Assembly (NCBI GenBank): GCA_964016885.1
Contig: OZ024741.1
Location: 383,842,001-383,906,000 of the forward strand
Direction of reading: 5' to 3'
Length of the DNA: 64,000 nt
Origin: Eledone cirrhosa
Taxonomy: Eukaryota
The translations under genes were made by a program, and so were the position numbers. Of the stretch, positions 12,819 to 30,412 are shown piece after piece. The notes under the pieces are model-generated. The model did no database searches. It had not been told where the DNA came from and saw only the letters and a program-made list of their open reading frames with translations. The stretch's first letter is position 1. Each line of letters starts with the position of its first letter.

Positions 12819-15800
12819 ATCCTAACACCCTTGACAATAATAATAGTCAATTACTATGCATAATAGTTGATAAAAATCGAGTAAATTATCCTTGGTGCCA
12901 TTGTTTACTGTTTTCTATCTCCAGGGGAGTTTACCCTATTTCTTCAGCTATTATTTATAGTGATCCAAGGGTGGTGGATTGGCATTATGGTTAGAGCGTC
13001 GAACAACATCCTTTGAGGCATAGAGTTACTAGAAATCATTATTTATAGTGATCCATCTTTGATAATTTGAAAGCAAATGTACCATCTTAAATAAATATAA
13101 TTTCATCTTCACTGTATAAAGTAAACAGTCCTTGTCTTATTATCTTGTAGTTATATTTCAAATTTGGACCTCAGTCGGTTACAATGATGAGTGTTCTAAT
13201 TGTTTGATCAACGGATCATCTTGCTCATGAATTTAACGTATAAGTGCCTGAGCATACCACAGACACGTAATTTTCAGTGAGATTTGGCATGACACTGTCT
13301 GACAATTATAGATACAACTCAAATGTTTTTAAGTGGCTGGATTGGAACCTCGATAATTAGCCTGTCTTGCTGAAGATTACAATGTGCCATCTGATGGGAG
13401 CCGAACACCCTAACCACTAAGCCATGTGCTTTCACCAAAAAATACTGTGTAGAGCACTGTTAAATTGTCAGTGCATGTACGTCTGTGTAAATTATGAGAT
13501 CCGTTCTGCAACATTAGAATGTTTATACATTATACATACGGTCGGGATCTGCTGTCCCTTCTGGAAATGTCTGTAACATAAACACTTTGTTTATTTTTCA
13601 CAGCGAAGTTAAAATTGTAATTTTATCAGAGAGATGGAGAGTGAAATTGAGAGATAGTGCCTGTGTGGGTGTGTGGCTGTTGGGAGAGAGGGGGCAGGGA
13701 GAGAGAGTGAAAAAGGTGAGAGAGAGTGAGGGTGAGAAAAAGTGAGAGAGAGGGTGAGAAGTAGGTATCTAATTTATAATTGCTGTTTAATACGTTATGA
13801 AAATATATACCCAAAAAATATAGGGTTTCGAGAATATCTATAATTACTGTTGAATCAATATCTCTGGCTACTGATGTCACGGATTCTTAACAAGTTTCAA
13901 ATGTTAAACAACCTGAAATGTTGATGTCTTTTCTGAGTAGAATCTGTCAAAACATTGTTTTATTCACACGCTAGAACCAAGGTAAAAGACATTAAAATGC
14001 CAGCTGTTTTCTCGTTGTCTCGCAGCTGTTGTGAGTATGTACAACCAGTGATGGGAAATACTAGAGAACTCTCATATTGATACTTTTAACGGGCTCTGCT
14101 ATTCTACCTAACGTAGACAGATGCTAGGTGTTTATCCTCACATTCCGAGATTCTATCTTAATCTATTCGTCACAGAAGGCGGGATTACGAGAAAGTAATG
14201 GACGTAAGGTTATCTCTTTTATTGCTTTCAAACTCACCCTCCTTTATAACACTACTTTCATCCTATGACATCACTGTTTAACCTATTTTCCACTGAGAGT
14301 CTTTTAGTTCGCATCTATTTATTTTCCTTTTCATTTCATTACGGTGTATATTTCTATTCTATGTATATATTGTTATTAAATTTATCATAGTTATACATGT
14401 ATAATGTGAAAAATATTATAACAAGTAAAGATCAAAGTTGTATGGTGACATAATATATGAAGTTAATATTTACAAAATTTTATTTAACTATCATTGACGA
14501 TTTTTCATTTTCACAAGTATTTATACAGGATAGGTGACGTTCATGTTCAAAGAATATGTGGATGTATGAAATCATATTAATATATGACCTATCGTAAAGG
14601 TTGTCGTTTCCACCTTCGTCGTTGTCATATTATATACACGATGTAAAATATTTTATTTCTATTTTAGCATTTACATTTAGTATAACATTTTCCCCGTCAT
14701 CCCATTGAACGTATATTGATAGTGCCGTACACAGTTTGTTTGTTTTTTTGTTTTGTATTTCATTATATCAATATATTTTGTTTACTTTATGGAGTTTATA
14801 AAGGTCTACTAAGCCGTAGACATAACGTGTTTGATGATTGAAGAAGAAAAGATGGTGTTTGATGTATACTGCCTCCTCCAAAATATTGATTCATTACATT
14901 GACACACTGTTGAATGGATGCATTAAAGCCTCGGTATATGACTGGTGCTTATTTTATCAACTGTGGTGGCTAAAGTCGATTCCGGTTAGATTTGAAGTCA
15001 AAACATAGAAAGGCAAAACTTAATACCGGTTGACATTTAGTTCGAAACTATCAATTCTCACGTAGATTAGCGGTTTGAGTGCTCGGCATACACTCATAAA
15101 ATCATAATTTTAGTTCATGTCAATGCGTTCTGCCCTCGTTCAAGACACTGAGTTATACCCATAATTATACCCGGTTTTGTCACACACTATTTAACAATGG
15201 ATCTCCCTAAGTATTACATTAACAGTACATGTGTCTATGGAATACTCAGCCACACACTCGTTAATTTCGTGAACAGGTTGTTCCGTTGATTGAATAAACT
15301 TGACCACACGTCGTCGAAACCAACTGAGTTCCATTTCACTCCAATATCGTTCATTTTATTTCGAGGATACAATGTTAGTGTTTGCAGATGATATTTTATC
15401 CACCATTTAGAGTTGACTGTAGGATTATGATGGAGAGAAATGAAACTAGACGCTTAATGCATTGTGGCAAGAACTCTTTAATCTCTATCAAACCACTTCA
15501 ATTATTTAGTCCACTATATTAGTTTCAGATTGTTGATTGATAGTCTGTTTTGTTTTTGTTTTGTTTTTTGTTTTCTTTTGTTGCTTCCGCGAATTATATT
15601 TGGTCATGGTTCTGATCTCAATTCATTTCACAAGACAAGGGGCATCAAAAGTAGATTTTTTTTCCCTAAATACATCAATAAAAATCTCTATGGAAAAAAA
15701 GTTCAATAGCTAATCAATGTATTGCATTTTGGTATTACTTCAGATCTTTTTCCGCTGGACTTAGTTCTTTCAACCGTTTATTCCATATCTGAACACAAAC

Positions 15801-17672
15801 AAATTGATAACTCGATTTTATCTGAATACCTATAGCACTCCGAACAATTGGAAATGTCATTAGTTGAATATTTCTTCCACTATCTTAATTATCTATCCCA
15901 CATCGCCACGAAATGTATATAACTATTCTTTCTGTGAACACACATTTGGCTTGTATAATTAATTCTATGGCTTTCTTCTCCAATGATTAGATTTATTTAT
16001 CACAGGCAAAAGTCTCCATTTAAAATACTATTTCCAGTTTTATCCCATCTCGTCTCGTTCCTTCGAGCATGATTACATACATTTATGAATATATTCTTGT
16101 GTATGGCTTCCATTTTAGACAATATACTTCTGTATTCTAGTTTCATTGAATTAGAATTACAAATTAGAAATAACATATTTTTTTCTGTGTGTGTGAGAAA
16201 GGGGTGTTTATGTTTGATGGTGGGTAGCAATTCATTATACATTTATTAGCTAAGAAGATTTTGAAAATAATGACACAATTATTGCGGTATCCTACAAACT
16301 ATGTTTATGTGCTCTATATTCATTATAGACACTGTTTTTTTTGTACACTGTTTTTAAATATCTTCTAAATCTTCTCTTTCATTAAATATATAATTAATAA
16401 ATATATTTTTAAAAACTAGTGGTAGAAGGCAGGAAGCTGCATTAAGTGCAATATTTCCTGAATTTGATGCAATGAAGCAACAGTTTTCATCTTCGGTTAT
16501 CAGAGACAGTGAGGTGAGGGTAAAGCCAACCTCGCTATCTTCAATTCGGTATACGTGCCAAGACCAAGCTATGGTCATGACTCTTGAATTATGACCGGAA
16601 AAAATATAATCACGATTCGAAACGGCCAAAGTAGTCATCCTTTGAAAATTCTTTGGAGTAACGTTATTTGAGAGGACGCATAGCTCAAAAAGCAGAAAGT
16701 CGCTCCTTTCAGAATCATTACTTCTTCGCATAGAGAGATCACAGCCCCGGTACTACGGACATGAGTTTAGAATGTCTAATGAAATAAACGCAGGACATTT
16801 TTTCCTGATAACAGTAACACGGGATAAATAGATATATGAATATAGATCTACTATTTACCACTAAATTTCATGGTAACAGCAATTGTTAATATGTGCTGGT
16901 AGCTGTACATATATAAGAAAGAAATATGAATATCAAGGACATACCACCCTCACCCTTGAAATGTTTTTCGCTTTAGATATAGATGTTCCGCGTGTCATTT
17001 ATTGACATCGCATTAATCTAGAAATACATACAAATTTCATAGGCACTTATTGTTGTTGTTGTTGTTGTTGTCGCGAGGACAAATGTCAGCCCTGATCAAT
17101 GAGACCTTTGACCAAATATGTTTCACCTGTGACAAACTTATCATTTTGGGGGTGGTATTACCTAATGTATGCTGTCCCACTTTTTTACGACAATATGATG
17201 TCCTTTGAAAAAGATGTGACTGTGTGTAGCTCAAATTAAAATATGTAAAATGAATAGGCCGATTACTGGTCAAGAAATAATCACACCTGAAGATGTTGGT
17301 GTTATGCTGGACTTTAAAACAGACTTCTTGAATCCTGATATATTTTGGGGATTGAAGAAAGTTGTTTGAAAGTTGTTTGAAAACTGGCATGATAAAGGAG
17401 GAGTAAAAGAAATTATGAAGAGAATAGGGATCTGTGACCGAAATAATGAAACAAAGGATTATCACATGTTTCAAATATATTTAATACTTTTTCATGGCTG
17501 ATTAGTTCTATTCGTAAAAATTCACACGATACATCCAAAAATATTCATCAAAACCGAACGAATTTTTATTATTGTTGTTATTGTTGCTGCTGTTAGATTA
17601 TGGTCAGTGCTAATATAGCAGTGTTCCATTGCTATTAAGATTTTTTTCAAGTAAGTAGAATATAATTTATAC

Positions 17673-17952
17673 CAGTCATGGGCAACCTGCGGCCCACGCA
17701 ACTTTCTGAATGGTTCGCCTAAGTGAAATCTTTCTGATTTTTTTACCCAACTTTTCAGTCGTAATTTATCTTTCTATCATTTTTATGATCGAGGAAAGCA
17801 ACCTGTACGAATTCTGAAGTAACAAATCAAAAGAACCTGAGTTACCGCCCTTTTTTTAATGTGGGCACGAATGTAAATTAGCGCTTGCATCCCGCCTGAT
17901 GATGAGCCATATCTCATGCGGCTCACTTCTCGAAAAAGGTTGCCCATGCCTG
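17673..17952. mobile_element. hAT-superfamily MITE
   Basis: TIRs cagtcatgggcaacct / aggttgcccatgcctg and a perfect 8-bp TSD atttatac (17665-17672 and 17953-17960). Confidence 0.9.
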
Positions 17953-20714
17953 ATTTATACCATGCTGAGCGTCACTCTAGAGATCTTTCGATGACTCTTG
18001 ATGTTGTTACTGATTTTCATCTTCTTCTAGATGTTGCTGATGATGTTGCTGCTGCTACTATTGTTGTTGTTGTTATTGTTTGTATAATTATTAACTTTCT
18101 TAAGAGAATCGGTAAAGTTGCACGATTCTGAATCTAATTAAACCGACCACACAATAGCTTTATCCAGGCATAGATTAAGGATGGTGTCTAGAAAATAAAG
18201 TAAAGGAGTGGAACTATTATTACCTTGCATCATCATTTTATAATTCTATTCATATCTAGGATTCCAATATTTGATTGGTACTTTATTTTACCGACTCCAG
18301 GAAAACACAAGAAAAAGTTAATCTTGGCAAGATTTAAAATCAGAACTTAAAGATTGTACTCTAATATTGCTAGGTATTTTGTCCGACGCCATGAATGTTC
18401 TATTAATCCAATGTGATATGCTTTTATTAAATGAACATAGATAAGTAACACTGATTCCTACCTTGATTCTCACTTTGATCGCTTGTTCATATTTTGGGGA
18501 CTGTTAGAATGAGAGATAGAGAGAGAGGGGGGGGAAGGAATTTGTGGTAGTGTATCCGAGACAGACGAAGATCACATAGAGTGCTTAGTTGCATTTATTT
18601 TAAAATTATTATTGCATTTTTAAAACAATGCCGCCACGAGTTAGAAGATTCCAAGAGGTCAATCACTGCCATTACAATGGCGAGAGTAATAACGGAACGT
18701 TTATATAGCTCAGGCGGAACAAATATCATGGATCATTTTCTTTCTAAAACACTGGACTTTCGGCTGTCTCACCGACGTTTATATATGTAAAAGAAACTTG
18801 TTCAGGATTCGAACCCGAAATCAATTTTCTCTGGAATTCATCTTTACATTTCATTTATTCAAGTTCGATCTTACAAATGCCAGTAACACATTCGTCGATT
18901 TAATCAACTCTTAACTCCTCGCTTCAAAATTCGCTGTTGTGTTTGCTTTTTCAAAAATCAATATTTCATATAGTTTTCCTCTAGAGTGTGAGTTGTTGAT
19001 AGATCTTCGAAATTCCATTACTCAGTTAAATTATTTGGTAAATAGATTTTAGTAAGTACCCTGCATAACACCCGTTTTCTCTTTTATCTTGTTTATTCCC
19101 GATTTAGAGTTGTGTAGCAGATAGCAGAATGATTAATCGTCCTCTTTAACAATTTACCCCTCGACATCTACTAATTGAAGGAACACGAAATATACCCATA
19201 AACATTCTGCATCAATGTTAAACTAATCCTAATTATTGCTGGCTGCAATTGACGGGAATCCTATTTAACTAATGTTTATCACTTGTCTACACTTGTCTAC
19301 TTAACGCCATGAAACTGAAACCAAATACTGACACTTTAGAGACCTTCGGGTTTCAGAAGGTATTAAAAAATCTATTCTTAAATCAAAAGTGTAATCATAC
19401 TGATATATAACGTGTACAGTTAACCAAATATCAGAAACAGAATTAAGTACGTTTGTTAAGTAAAGGATGTCCCTACTTTTAAATAGAAAGTATGACATCA
19501 AAATGAGAAAACATTCATCTGACACCAGTAAATGAATGATGTCACGATTTTATATAAATGACAGAGGAACAGTTCTAATTTCTAATGGTATTAGCGATGC
19601 AAACTAAATCAGTAATTCTGACTGTGAAACCGAAAACATCTCTACAACGACGATAATTATAACCACATAAGTGTCAGTGATGACAATGATAAATACGGTG
19701 ACCAGATTCGTGTCTTGATTTCTTAGCGAAACAATGCAACTGCTGCAGAAAGATACGGAATCACACCTCAAAAACCAAGAGACCAGAATATGTGTTGCTT
19801 TTGAACTATAGAAAATCTTTATATTTAAGAGCGGTGAGCATATCGTATTTTAGCAAAGAATCGAAGAACGTGTCGCGAATTCGAGTCACTAGATGATTAC
19901 CTCACGCTCTACAGCCAATTCCTTATGTAAATTTAACCTGTAACTTGGATTTAAAACCATCATCTGACCCTTGAGTAATTTAGCGGAATCTACTCTATTA
20001 CAAGAATTTGGGTTAAGTGTTGTGTGCGGATGAATTCCACCTGACCTTTTACCTGTATTTGAAGTCTTAAAAAGGACAAGTACAATGTCTCCCTCTCTCC
20101 ACTGATAACGTCAGGTAAAACAAATTAAATAAATAAAATAAGGCGGTTGCTCACTAGGTCAATGAAACAGTCATTCAAGTACAGGTATCGATTTCAATCG
20201 AGTGTACCCCCGCCTAAATGTGTGACCACGTGCCAATCAATAATAATATTAGAGATGAAAAAATCGTCTAGTTTTCTCTTTTAAAATTTAGTTATGTCGC
20301 TGTGTTAGAAATCAACATTTACAAGCCACCACGGTGATCTTCCATGAATTGCTTTTCTTTTCTATGTATTTTTTTTAATTACAAACACTACTCAAAAACA
20401 AAAACAAAAGCAAAAACAAAAGCGGAAACTTTTTGAGTTAATGTGTTCTACTATGATTCCTTTCGTTCACATAGAGATTAATCAATATTATTAAAAAAAA
20501 GATAGATCGGAAAAACAAGGTAAATAGTCTAATAATGGTTAAATTGCTTAAAAAAATATTCGCATGCTCGATATCCTCTTGATATAGGAATTAGAAATTA
20601 ATAAAAATGTCGTGTATTTGACTTAATATTTCTTGAACTATATATATATATATTAGAAAGTGAGGTTTTTTTACAAAATGAAAAAAAAAACGAGGTGTCT
20701 TACACGAGTGAAAG

Positions 20715-21002
20715 TATAAGGAAAATAAATGAAATCGAAAATGCAACTGGAGTCTTTTTATATAAAAATATATATTTATTTGGTTCCTTTACCGGTTTCG
20801 CAGTTCTTCTGCTTTTCAAAAGTAGAGTTGAGATGGAGGGCTTGTGGTTTTTCTCAGATGTGAAATAAACCACAAACCCTCCATCTCAATTCTACTTTTG
20901 AAAAGCAGAAGAACTGCGAAACCGGTAAAGGAACCAAATAAATATATATTTTTATATAAAAAGACTCCAGTTGCATTTTCGATTTCATCTTTTTTCCTTA
21001 TA
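20715..21002. repeat. About 290-bp near-perfect palindrome carrying hammerhead motifs, next to (TA)n
   Basis: Arms about 20715-20855 and 20860-21002 are reverse complements. Confidence 0.9.
20895..20930 (+). ncRNA. Minimal type I hammerhead ribozyme-like motif, U3-A8 core variant (mirror copy on - at 20787-20822)
   Basis: CUU-UUGAAAA-GCAG(AAGAA)CUGC-GAAA-CCGG-UA-AAG. Confidence 0.6.
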
Positions 21003-21029
21003 TATATGTATACAAATATATATATATAT

Positions 21030-21146
21030 AACAAGGAAAGTGTGGTAAGAAACCAGGTGGACCATAACGCACCAAAGTACTTGATACTTAGGGTAGTAGA
21101 GTGATTCGAAACGGCCGGTGTGGGCCATCGGAGTCCTGACTCTTTT

Positions 21147-21150
<4 letters not shown>
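21030..21150 (+). mobile_element. (TA)n-anchored dispersed repeat terminus (related copies 42948-43022 inverted and 44081-44156)
   Basis: gtggtaag.aaccag..ggaccata.c.caccagagtact..ata.tta.ggtagtagagtg is shared by three sites. Confidence 0.7.
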
Positions 21151-21238
<88 letters not shown>

Positions 21239-21615
21239 TCTGTGTCTGTGTCTGTGTCTGTGTGTTTGTATATGTGTGTATATTTGTATATATATATGTG
21301 TGTGTGTGTGTCTGTGTACACACATATATACACACATATATATATATATATATATGTGTGTGTGTATGCGTGTGTGTGTGTGTATGTATACACACATATA
21401 TACACACATATACATACATTCCTATTATATTCCTTCGACAAAATCTAAATTTTTCCAGCTTTCCACCGTTTATCTGCTGCATATTTTACAATATCTTTTG
21501 TCGTAATTCTGTTTTCAGTCTGTTGTTCATTTATTTTTAATATTTTTTAATGTATTTAGTGTGGAATGACTGCAGCAATTTGTCTGTCGACTCTTTGTTG
21601 TGGTATTATTTCGCG

Positions 21616-24447
<2,832 letters not shown>

Positions 24448-24657
24448 ATAATTGCCAACATGGGTTTGTTTTTATTGATTTATTATTTTAAATCGAGACA
24501 GGCAAACTATATTTATTTGAATTAGTTTATTTCATTCTAGCTAACTTAGTCATTTACAATACAAACACATGTATTTACCATATATTAATTTATATTAATT
24601 TCGTTTCTGAATTTGTTTAGCAAGATTCTTTATCTGAAATCGTGTGTTGAAACCGAT

Positions 24658-25168
24658 ATTGTTATACTTTGGGAGGGTCATGTTGCCAATAAGAAACACA
24701 CGCACGAGTTGCTTTCACTTCAATTTATTATAATAAATTTATAAATTTAGCAATTTATAAATTTCTGGTTGGTTGGTTGGTTCCACAACCAGACAGTTGT
24801 TTATATATTGTCAAAGTTCTTTCGTCACACATTCTGTGACCTCTTCAATGACTGGGGATTCTTTTCTTTGTTTTTGTGCCTCTCCTTTGTTCTGTCCTAC
24901 GCCTGTCCCAACAAAATGGCGTAGGACAGAACAAAGGAGAGGCACAAAAACAAAGAAAAGAATCCCCAGTCACTGAAGAGGTCACAGAATGTGTGACGAA
25001 AGAACTTTGACAATATATAAACAACTATCTGGTTGTGGAACCAACGAACCAACCAACCAGAAATTTATAAATTGCTAAATTTATAAATTTATTATAATAA
25101 ATTGAAGTGAAAGCAACTGGTGCGTGTGTTTCTTATTGGCAACATGACCCCTCCCAAAGTATAACAAT
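24658..25168. mobile_element. About 510-bp palindromic element carrying hammerhead motifs (family B)
   Basis: Arms of about 245 bp are reverse complementary; a homologous palindrome lies at 31997-32524. Confidence 0.85.
24969..25011 (+). ncRNA. Minimal type I hammerhead ribozyme (mirror on - at 24810-24852 with C3U)
   Basis: GUCA-CUGAAGA-G-GUCACA(GAAUG)UGUGAC-GAAA-GAAC-UU-UGAC. Confidence 0.75.
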
Positions 25169-25310
25169 TTATATTAACTTGTATATATATACATATATAT
25201 ATATCGGTAGATAGCTAGAATGATACTGGATAAAACCAGTAAGAAAATTATTCATCTATATATACGAAAAGTAGAGTGTGAATATTAAAAGGGTTTTCTT
25301 CTCCAAGGTT

Positions 25311-25376
<66 letters not shown>

Positions 25377-25797
25377 TGAGTATGTGTGTCTGTGTGTGAG
25401 AGAGAGAGAGTATGTGAGTGTGCGTGTGCGCCCGCGTGTGTATGTGTGTGTGTAGGCAGATGATGATATAAATAGAAATGCATATTCTGTAGACCGGATA
25501 TTCATACAATTCGTGGCCAGGAACACCATAGATTTATATTTAATAGATTCTCTCCTTCTCTCGGCGTCCCTCTATATATGTCATTGTCTCTGGGTATATT
25601 TTACCCGATTTCCTCAACTGTTATTTAAAGTGGTCTGCTGCTATTATAGTCATATACTTAAGGACGACTACATTTCAAATTTCATATATATATAATCTGT
25701 ACCGTTACTTTAAAATAATCACTTAACTTGAGACGTATATATATATGTATGTATGTATGTATATATGTATGTATATATATATATGTATGTATGTATG

Positions 25798-25832
<35 letters not shown>

Positions 25833-26034
25833 GTACTTTTCCTGAGTCAAACCATTTTCGTTGCTGTGGTAATGCGGCTGGACTGCCGATCGCTATATTT
25901 GATTTGCTAAGCTGCCTAAACGTATTGTTATTGTTCTGGGGTACTATTCCCGATCGAGTGCTAAAGCTACATACCGAATTTGCACTCGTTAGCTTGGCCG
26001 CAAACTAAAGCTTCGTTAATGCTGTACTAAAATT

Positions 26035-26086
<52 letters not shown>

Positions 26087-26114
26087 CACACACATGCATA
26101 TATGCATACCCGCA

Positions 26115-26180
<66 letters not shown>

Positions 26181-26504
26181 GTATGCTGATAAATTGGAGT
26201 TTTCATCTCTCAGTATTACACTAGTACGGCTAACTAACGCCAACTATTCAACATCGTTAGTTTTGGTTCAGGAACTTATACCGGGATAAGGCCACAGAGA
26301 AATAAAGTTAACAATTCTGCAGCAAGGCTTGCAGGAGTATCATGCTGTGAGTGGAGAACATGTTCGCATCTCGCTCAATCCACTGACGGTGTCGTCTTCC
26401 TCCTCCTGCTCCCCTAAAATACGCGAATGTAGATTTAATTTGCGACGACTACATTTTAAATCTCAAATTTTCCCGGTTGCTTATGTATATATATATATGT
26501 ATAT

Positions 26505-27245
26505 ATAATCTTTGTGTGTTGGTATTTTAACGATAGTTATAGCTCTGATTTATCTGAATTATTGAGCCCTCTGCCACTCATGTCGAATTTTGTTTATCGT
26601 GAACTCGTGCGCCGATTTTTCGATACTCGATTATTCTACTATATTTAGCTCTAGACCTAGCTATTGACCAGTTAATTTTATTGTTCATTTTTTGTCGATT
26701 CTATTAAATGATGAATAGCTCCTGTTTATTTTAACATGTCTATTGAGCACTCTTATTCGATATGTGATTTCCCACATTCCCGAATATCTTTCGCGGATAT
26801 AGAGGTTATCTCCCTTGCTGGATACCATGTGCGTCTCAACTAGGGTTGGCTTTTTTATTCGTTTGGACAAAGCCCGTTGATAAAGTATTCCCGTCCGCCG
26901 CTCTCTAGAAGTCTTATATATTTTTATGTGGGCTGATAGGGGGCGGTTTAAGGAATTACAGAAACCCAAGAAGCTAGATTTATCATCTTTCTAGTGGGTC
27001 CGGGTAAGCTTTTTACATTCATATGATTTATTGATTTATTGATATTTTATCTGAGTGACCCGAATCTTCCTGATCGTAATTTTTCGGTCGTATGGGTGAT
27101 TTTAGACATAATCTTTGTGTGTTGGTATTTTAACGATAGTCATAGCTCTGATTTATCTGAATTATTGAGCCCTCTGCCACTCATGTCGAATTTTGTTTAT
27201 CGTGAACTCGTGCGCCGATTTTTCGATACTCGATTATTCTACTAT
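26505..27245 (-). mobile_element. (TA)n-embedded element with about 135-bp direct terminal repeats (family C)
   Basis: 26505-26641 matches 27107-27245. Relatives at 29770-30412 and 41551-41608 are in the opposite orientation. Strand assignment is arbitrary. Confidence 0.7.
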
Positions 27246-27616
27246 ATATATATATGTATATAGATATGTATATATAAGCATGCATACGCACACACATATA
27301 TATATATATACACACACACATATATATAGAGGCAAATAAATGTTAGGTTAGTGTCCATTGGCAAGTGTTAGACACTCACCCACACACATATATATACTTA
27401 TATATATATATATACACACACACAGACATATATACGTATTTGAATATTACTATTCAAATAGAACTCACAACATTAAGTTCTAGTCTGAATATGTCACTAT
27501 CTGTAAACCAGCTTTTGTATTTTATATGAGAGTGCGTACCAAGATTTTGGTGCCTGGTACCCTTGAATATATATATAATAAAATAAATATGGTTTTATTA
27601 AGATAGCTTCCATTTA

Positions 27617-27649
<33 letters not shown>

Positions 27650-28034
27650 CAGGGGGTCTAGTCTGCATGAAGAACTCAATGTAATCCATATGTTGCAAAT
27701 GTTGTTGATTGGCTTGTTCTTCAGCTACTTCCAAATAAGGTCATAGAACTCAATTTACTACTGATTTTGAATAAAATTCTCATTGCTTTTGAGAACAGCT
27801 GATGATATACATGTAAGTAAATATATTCCTTATCTGATATTTTGTAACTAACCCTACATAGATCGATAACGAAATATGGGTACGATGTATTATTATCACC
27901 TACAAACGATCGTAAAGCAGTGAAGTATTTTTCTAATGACTTGAAATTTTATTTCATTGTTTTAACTTATATTATATATATATATATATATATAAAAAGA
28001 GAGAAAGAAAGAGAGAGCGAGCGAGAGAGAGAGA

Positions 28035-28115
<81 letters not shown>

Positions 28116-28129
28116 CGAACAGATATATA

Positions 28130-28310
28130 ATTGTTTCTTTTTTTGGCACAAGGCTAGCAATTATCCCAATGCATTACTGGTACTTTATTTTATCGACTCC
28201 ATAAGGATGAAAGTTAACCCCGGCGGGATTTGAACTCAGACGATAAAGAGCCGTAACTCTATGCCTCAAAGCATGGCGTCCGACCCTCTACCGATACTGC
28301 CAATCCACCG
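28130..28310 (-). mobile_element. SINE family A copy
   Basis: Shared sequence with other copies. Confidence 0.8.
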
Positions 28311-28376
28311 TCCCGAACACATATATAATAACACAAATTCTTATTCGTTTCACGCTGGTTTGAAAAGGAAAAAAAG

Positions 28377-28620
28377 TATGTCACTTACTTCGTTATTCGG
28401 CAAAAGAAGGGAGAGAAGCTGACAGATACTGTTTCCCGCTGTTGGCGATCCTAATTTTTAAATTTTGCTGGACCGGCAATCGCTCTGTATAATCCGTTCC
28501 TGATTACTGGAATTCTATAAGGATCCAGCCTCTATAATTTTCGGCAAAGGATCGCCAACAGCGTAAAACTGAATCTGCTTCTCTCCACTCTTTTGCCGAA
28601 TAAAGAAGTTAGTGACATAG
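28377..28620. repeat. Imperfect inverted repeat, MITE-like fold-back
   Basis: tatgtcact.acttc.ttattcggcaaaaga...cgctgttggcgatcc is mirrored by ggatcgccaacagcg...tcttttgccgaataaagaagt.agtgacata. Confidence 0.7.
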
Positions 28621-28975
28621 TCACTACTTTAAAAATGAAAGCACAATGTCTTCAAACTGTTTTTAATTAAACATGCGGTATATTGCCAAATATACTATAC
28701 ATACATTCATGTATACATCGCTATTTCAGAGCACCAAACCTAATACCATATATATACGCACATACACACATATATACACATATACACACACACACACACA
28801 CGCACACACACACACACATTTATCTATATCCATTTCGTATAAGTAAAGTGTAGATGTTATAAGGATTCACTGCCCTACGGTTAGGCTTCTACATGAGAAA
28901 GGAATATATATTTCTCATTTACTACTGAAACGGTAGAAATTTGACCGTAAGTCAATGATTCTTCTAAAATCATCA

Positions 28976-29069
<94 letters not shown>

Positions 29070-29708
29070 TGTAGTGTGTGCGTGTGTGTGCGTGTAGTGT
29101 GTGTGTATGTGCGTGCTTGTGTGTGTAATGCATTTTCCTCTTTGTAATTTCAGTTGCATTGACATGTGTGCAAGTTACATGGTCATTGTTGGTGTTATTG
29201 CTATGTGAGGGAGACAAAGAGAGGGGGGGGGCGAGAGAGAGAAAGAGAGAGAGAGAAGGAGCGAGAGAGAGAGAGAGACAAGCAGACAGAAAGAGAGAGC
29301 GGTAGAAGCTGGGATGGAGGTGAGGACGGATCCGTATGTGTTAACAGTGCTGCTGGATATCTCATCTCATTGTAAATATTAGAGGCAAATAAACGTTAGG
29401 TTAGTGTCTATTGGCAAGTGTTCGACACCTACCCCCACACATATATATACTTATATATATATATATATATAGTTTTCTTATCGATTGAACGCTTGCCAGC
29501 ATTTCTATGATTTTGCGTTTCGTTTCGCTTTTTCTACCAGCCGAAATACGATTCTCACTGAATTATATATATCAAGAAAGAAGAGTGACACGGTTTGCTA
29601 TACAAAAAAAGGTTTTTAATCACATTGCTGTTAATCAATCACGTCGATACCATCTACTACTTGGAGTACCCTAGCTGGACTACAACTATAACAATAATCT
29701 GTTATCCC

Positions 29709-29769
<61 letters not shown>

Positions 29770-29776
<7 letters not shown>

Positions 29777-30412
29777 TATCGAGAATCGCATTTCGGCCCA
29801 CGAAATAACGAAAAACAACCTCCGAGATGTGTGGCAAGTGCTCAATGATTCAGATGAACCAAAGCTATAACAAACGTTAAAGGCCAAACACACTGAGACG
29901 ATGGTTAAACAATCATTCTCATAGCCAAAAAAACGATCAAGTAATTCGGGTCAACAAATAAAAAATATCTGTGATTGAAAATTTACCCGGACCCCTGGAA
30001 GGTTGGTAAAATCCAGCATTTGGGTTTCTGCGGCTCCTAAATCAAATACTGTCCGCTTACATAAATAATGTTAGGCTTCTGGTAAGATGATTGAACAAGG
30101 AAGCCACTTTCTCAACAGGTTTTAGTTCAATGTTAATACAAGGACTGACTATTACTGACCCCACGTGGGGATCGGCAAGGGAGGCAACCCCTATATCAGG
30201 CGAATGAATTCAGTTGTGTATGTTATTGCAAGAATGCAAACACATCACAAATCGAATAGAGTTCTCAACAGAAGGGTTAAAATTAACATAAACTATTCAT
30301 CAGTCAATAGAATCAACTAAAAAAATCAAGAAAAATAACTGGTCAATAGCTAGAGTCTGGAGATTAATATAAATATAAATTATCGAGAATCGCATTTCGG
30401 CCCACGAAATAA
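29770..30412 (+). mobile_element. Family C element with about 40-bp direct terminal repeat
   Basis: ataaattatcgagaatcgcatttcggcccacgaaata occurs at both ends. Internal ttacccggaccc and tgggtttctg match the reverse complement of 26950-27010. Confidence 0.65.

Noticed and set aside
15735-16740. Possible coding remnants on the minus strand (QIWNKRLKEL; 125-aa ORF)
   Set aside because: No recognisable domain or splice structure; at most an ancient transposon relic.
17895-17940. CTGATGA...GAAA hammerhead candidate
   Set aside because: Six extra nucleotides between the stem and GAAA, no stem I or III, and it lies inside the hAT MITE.
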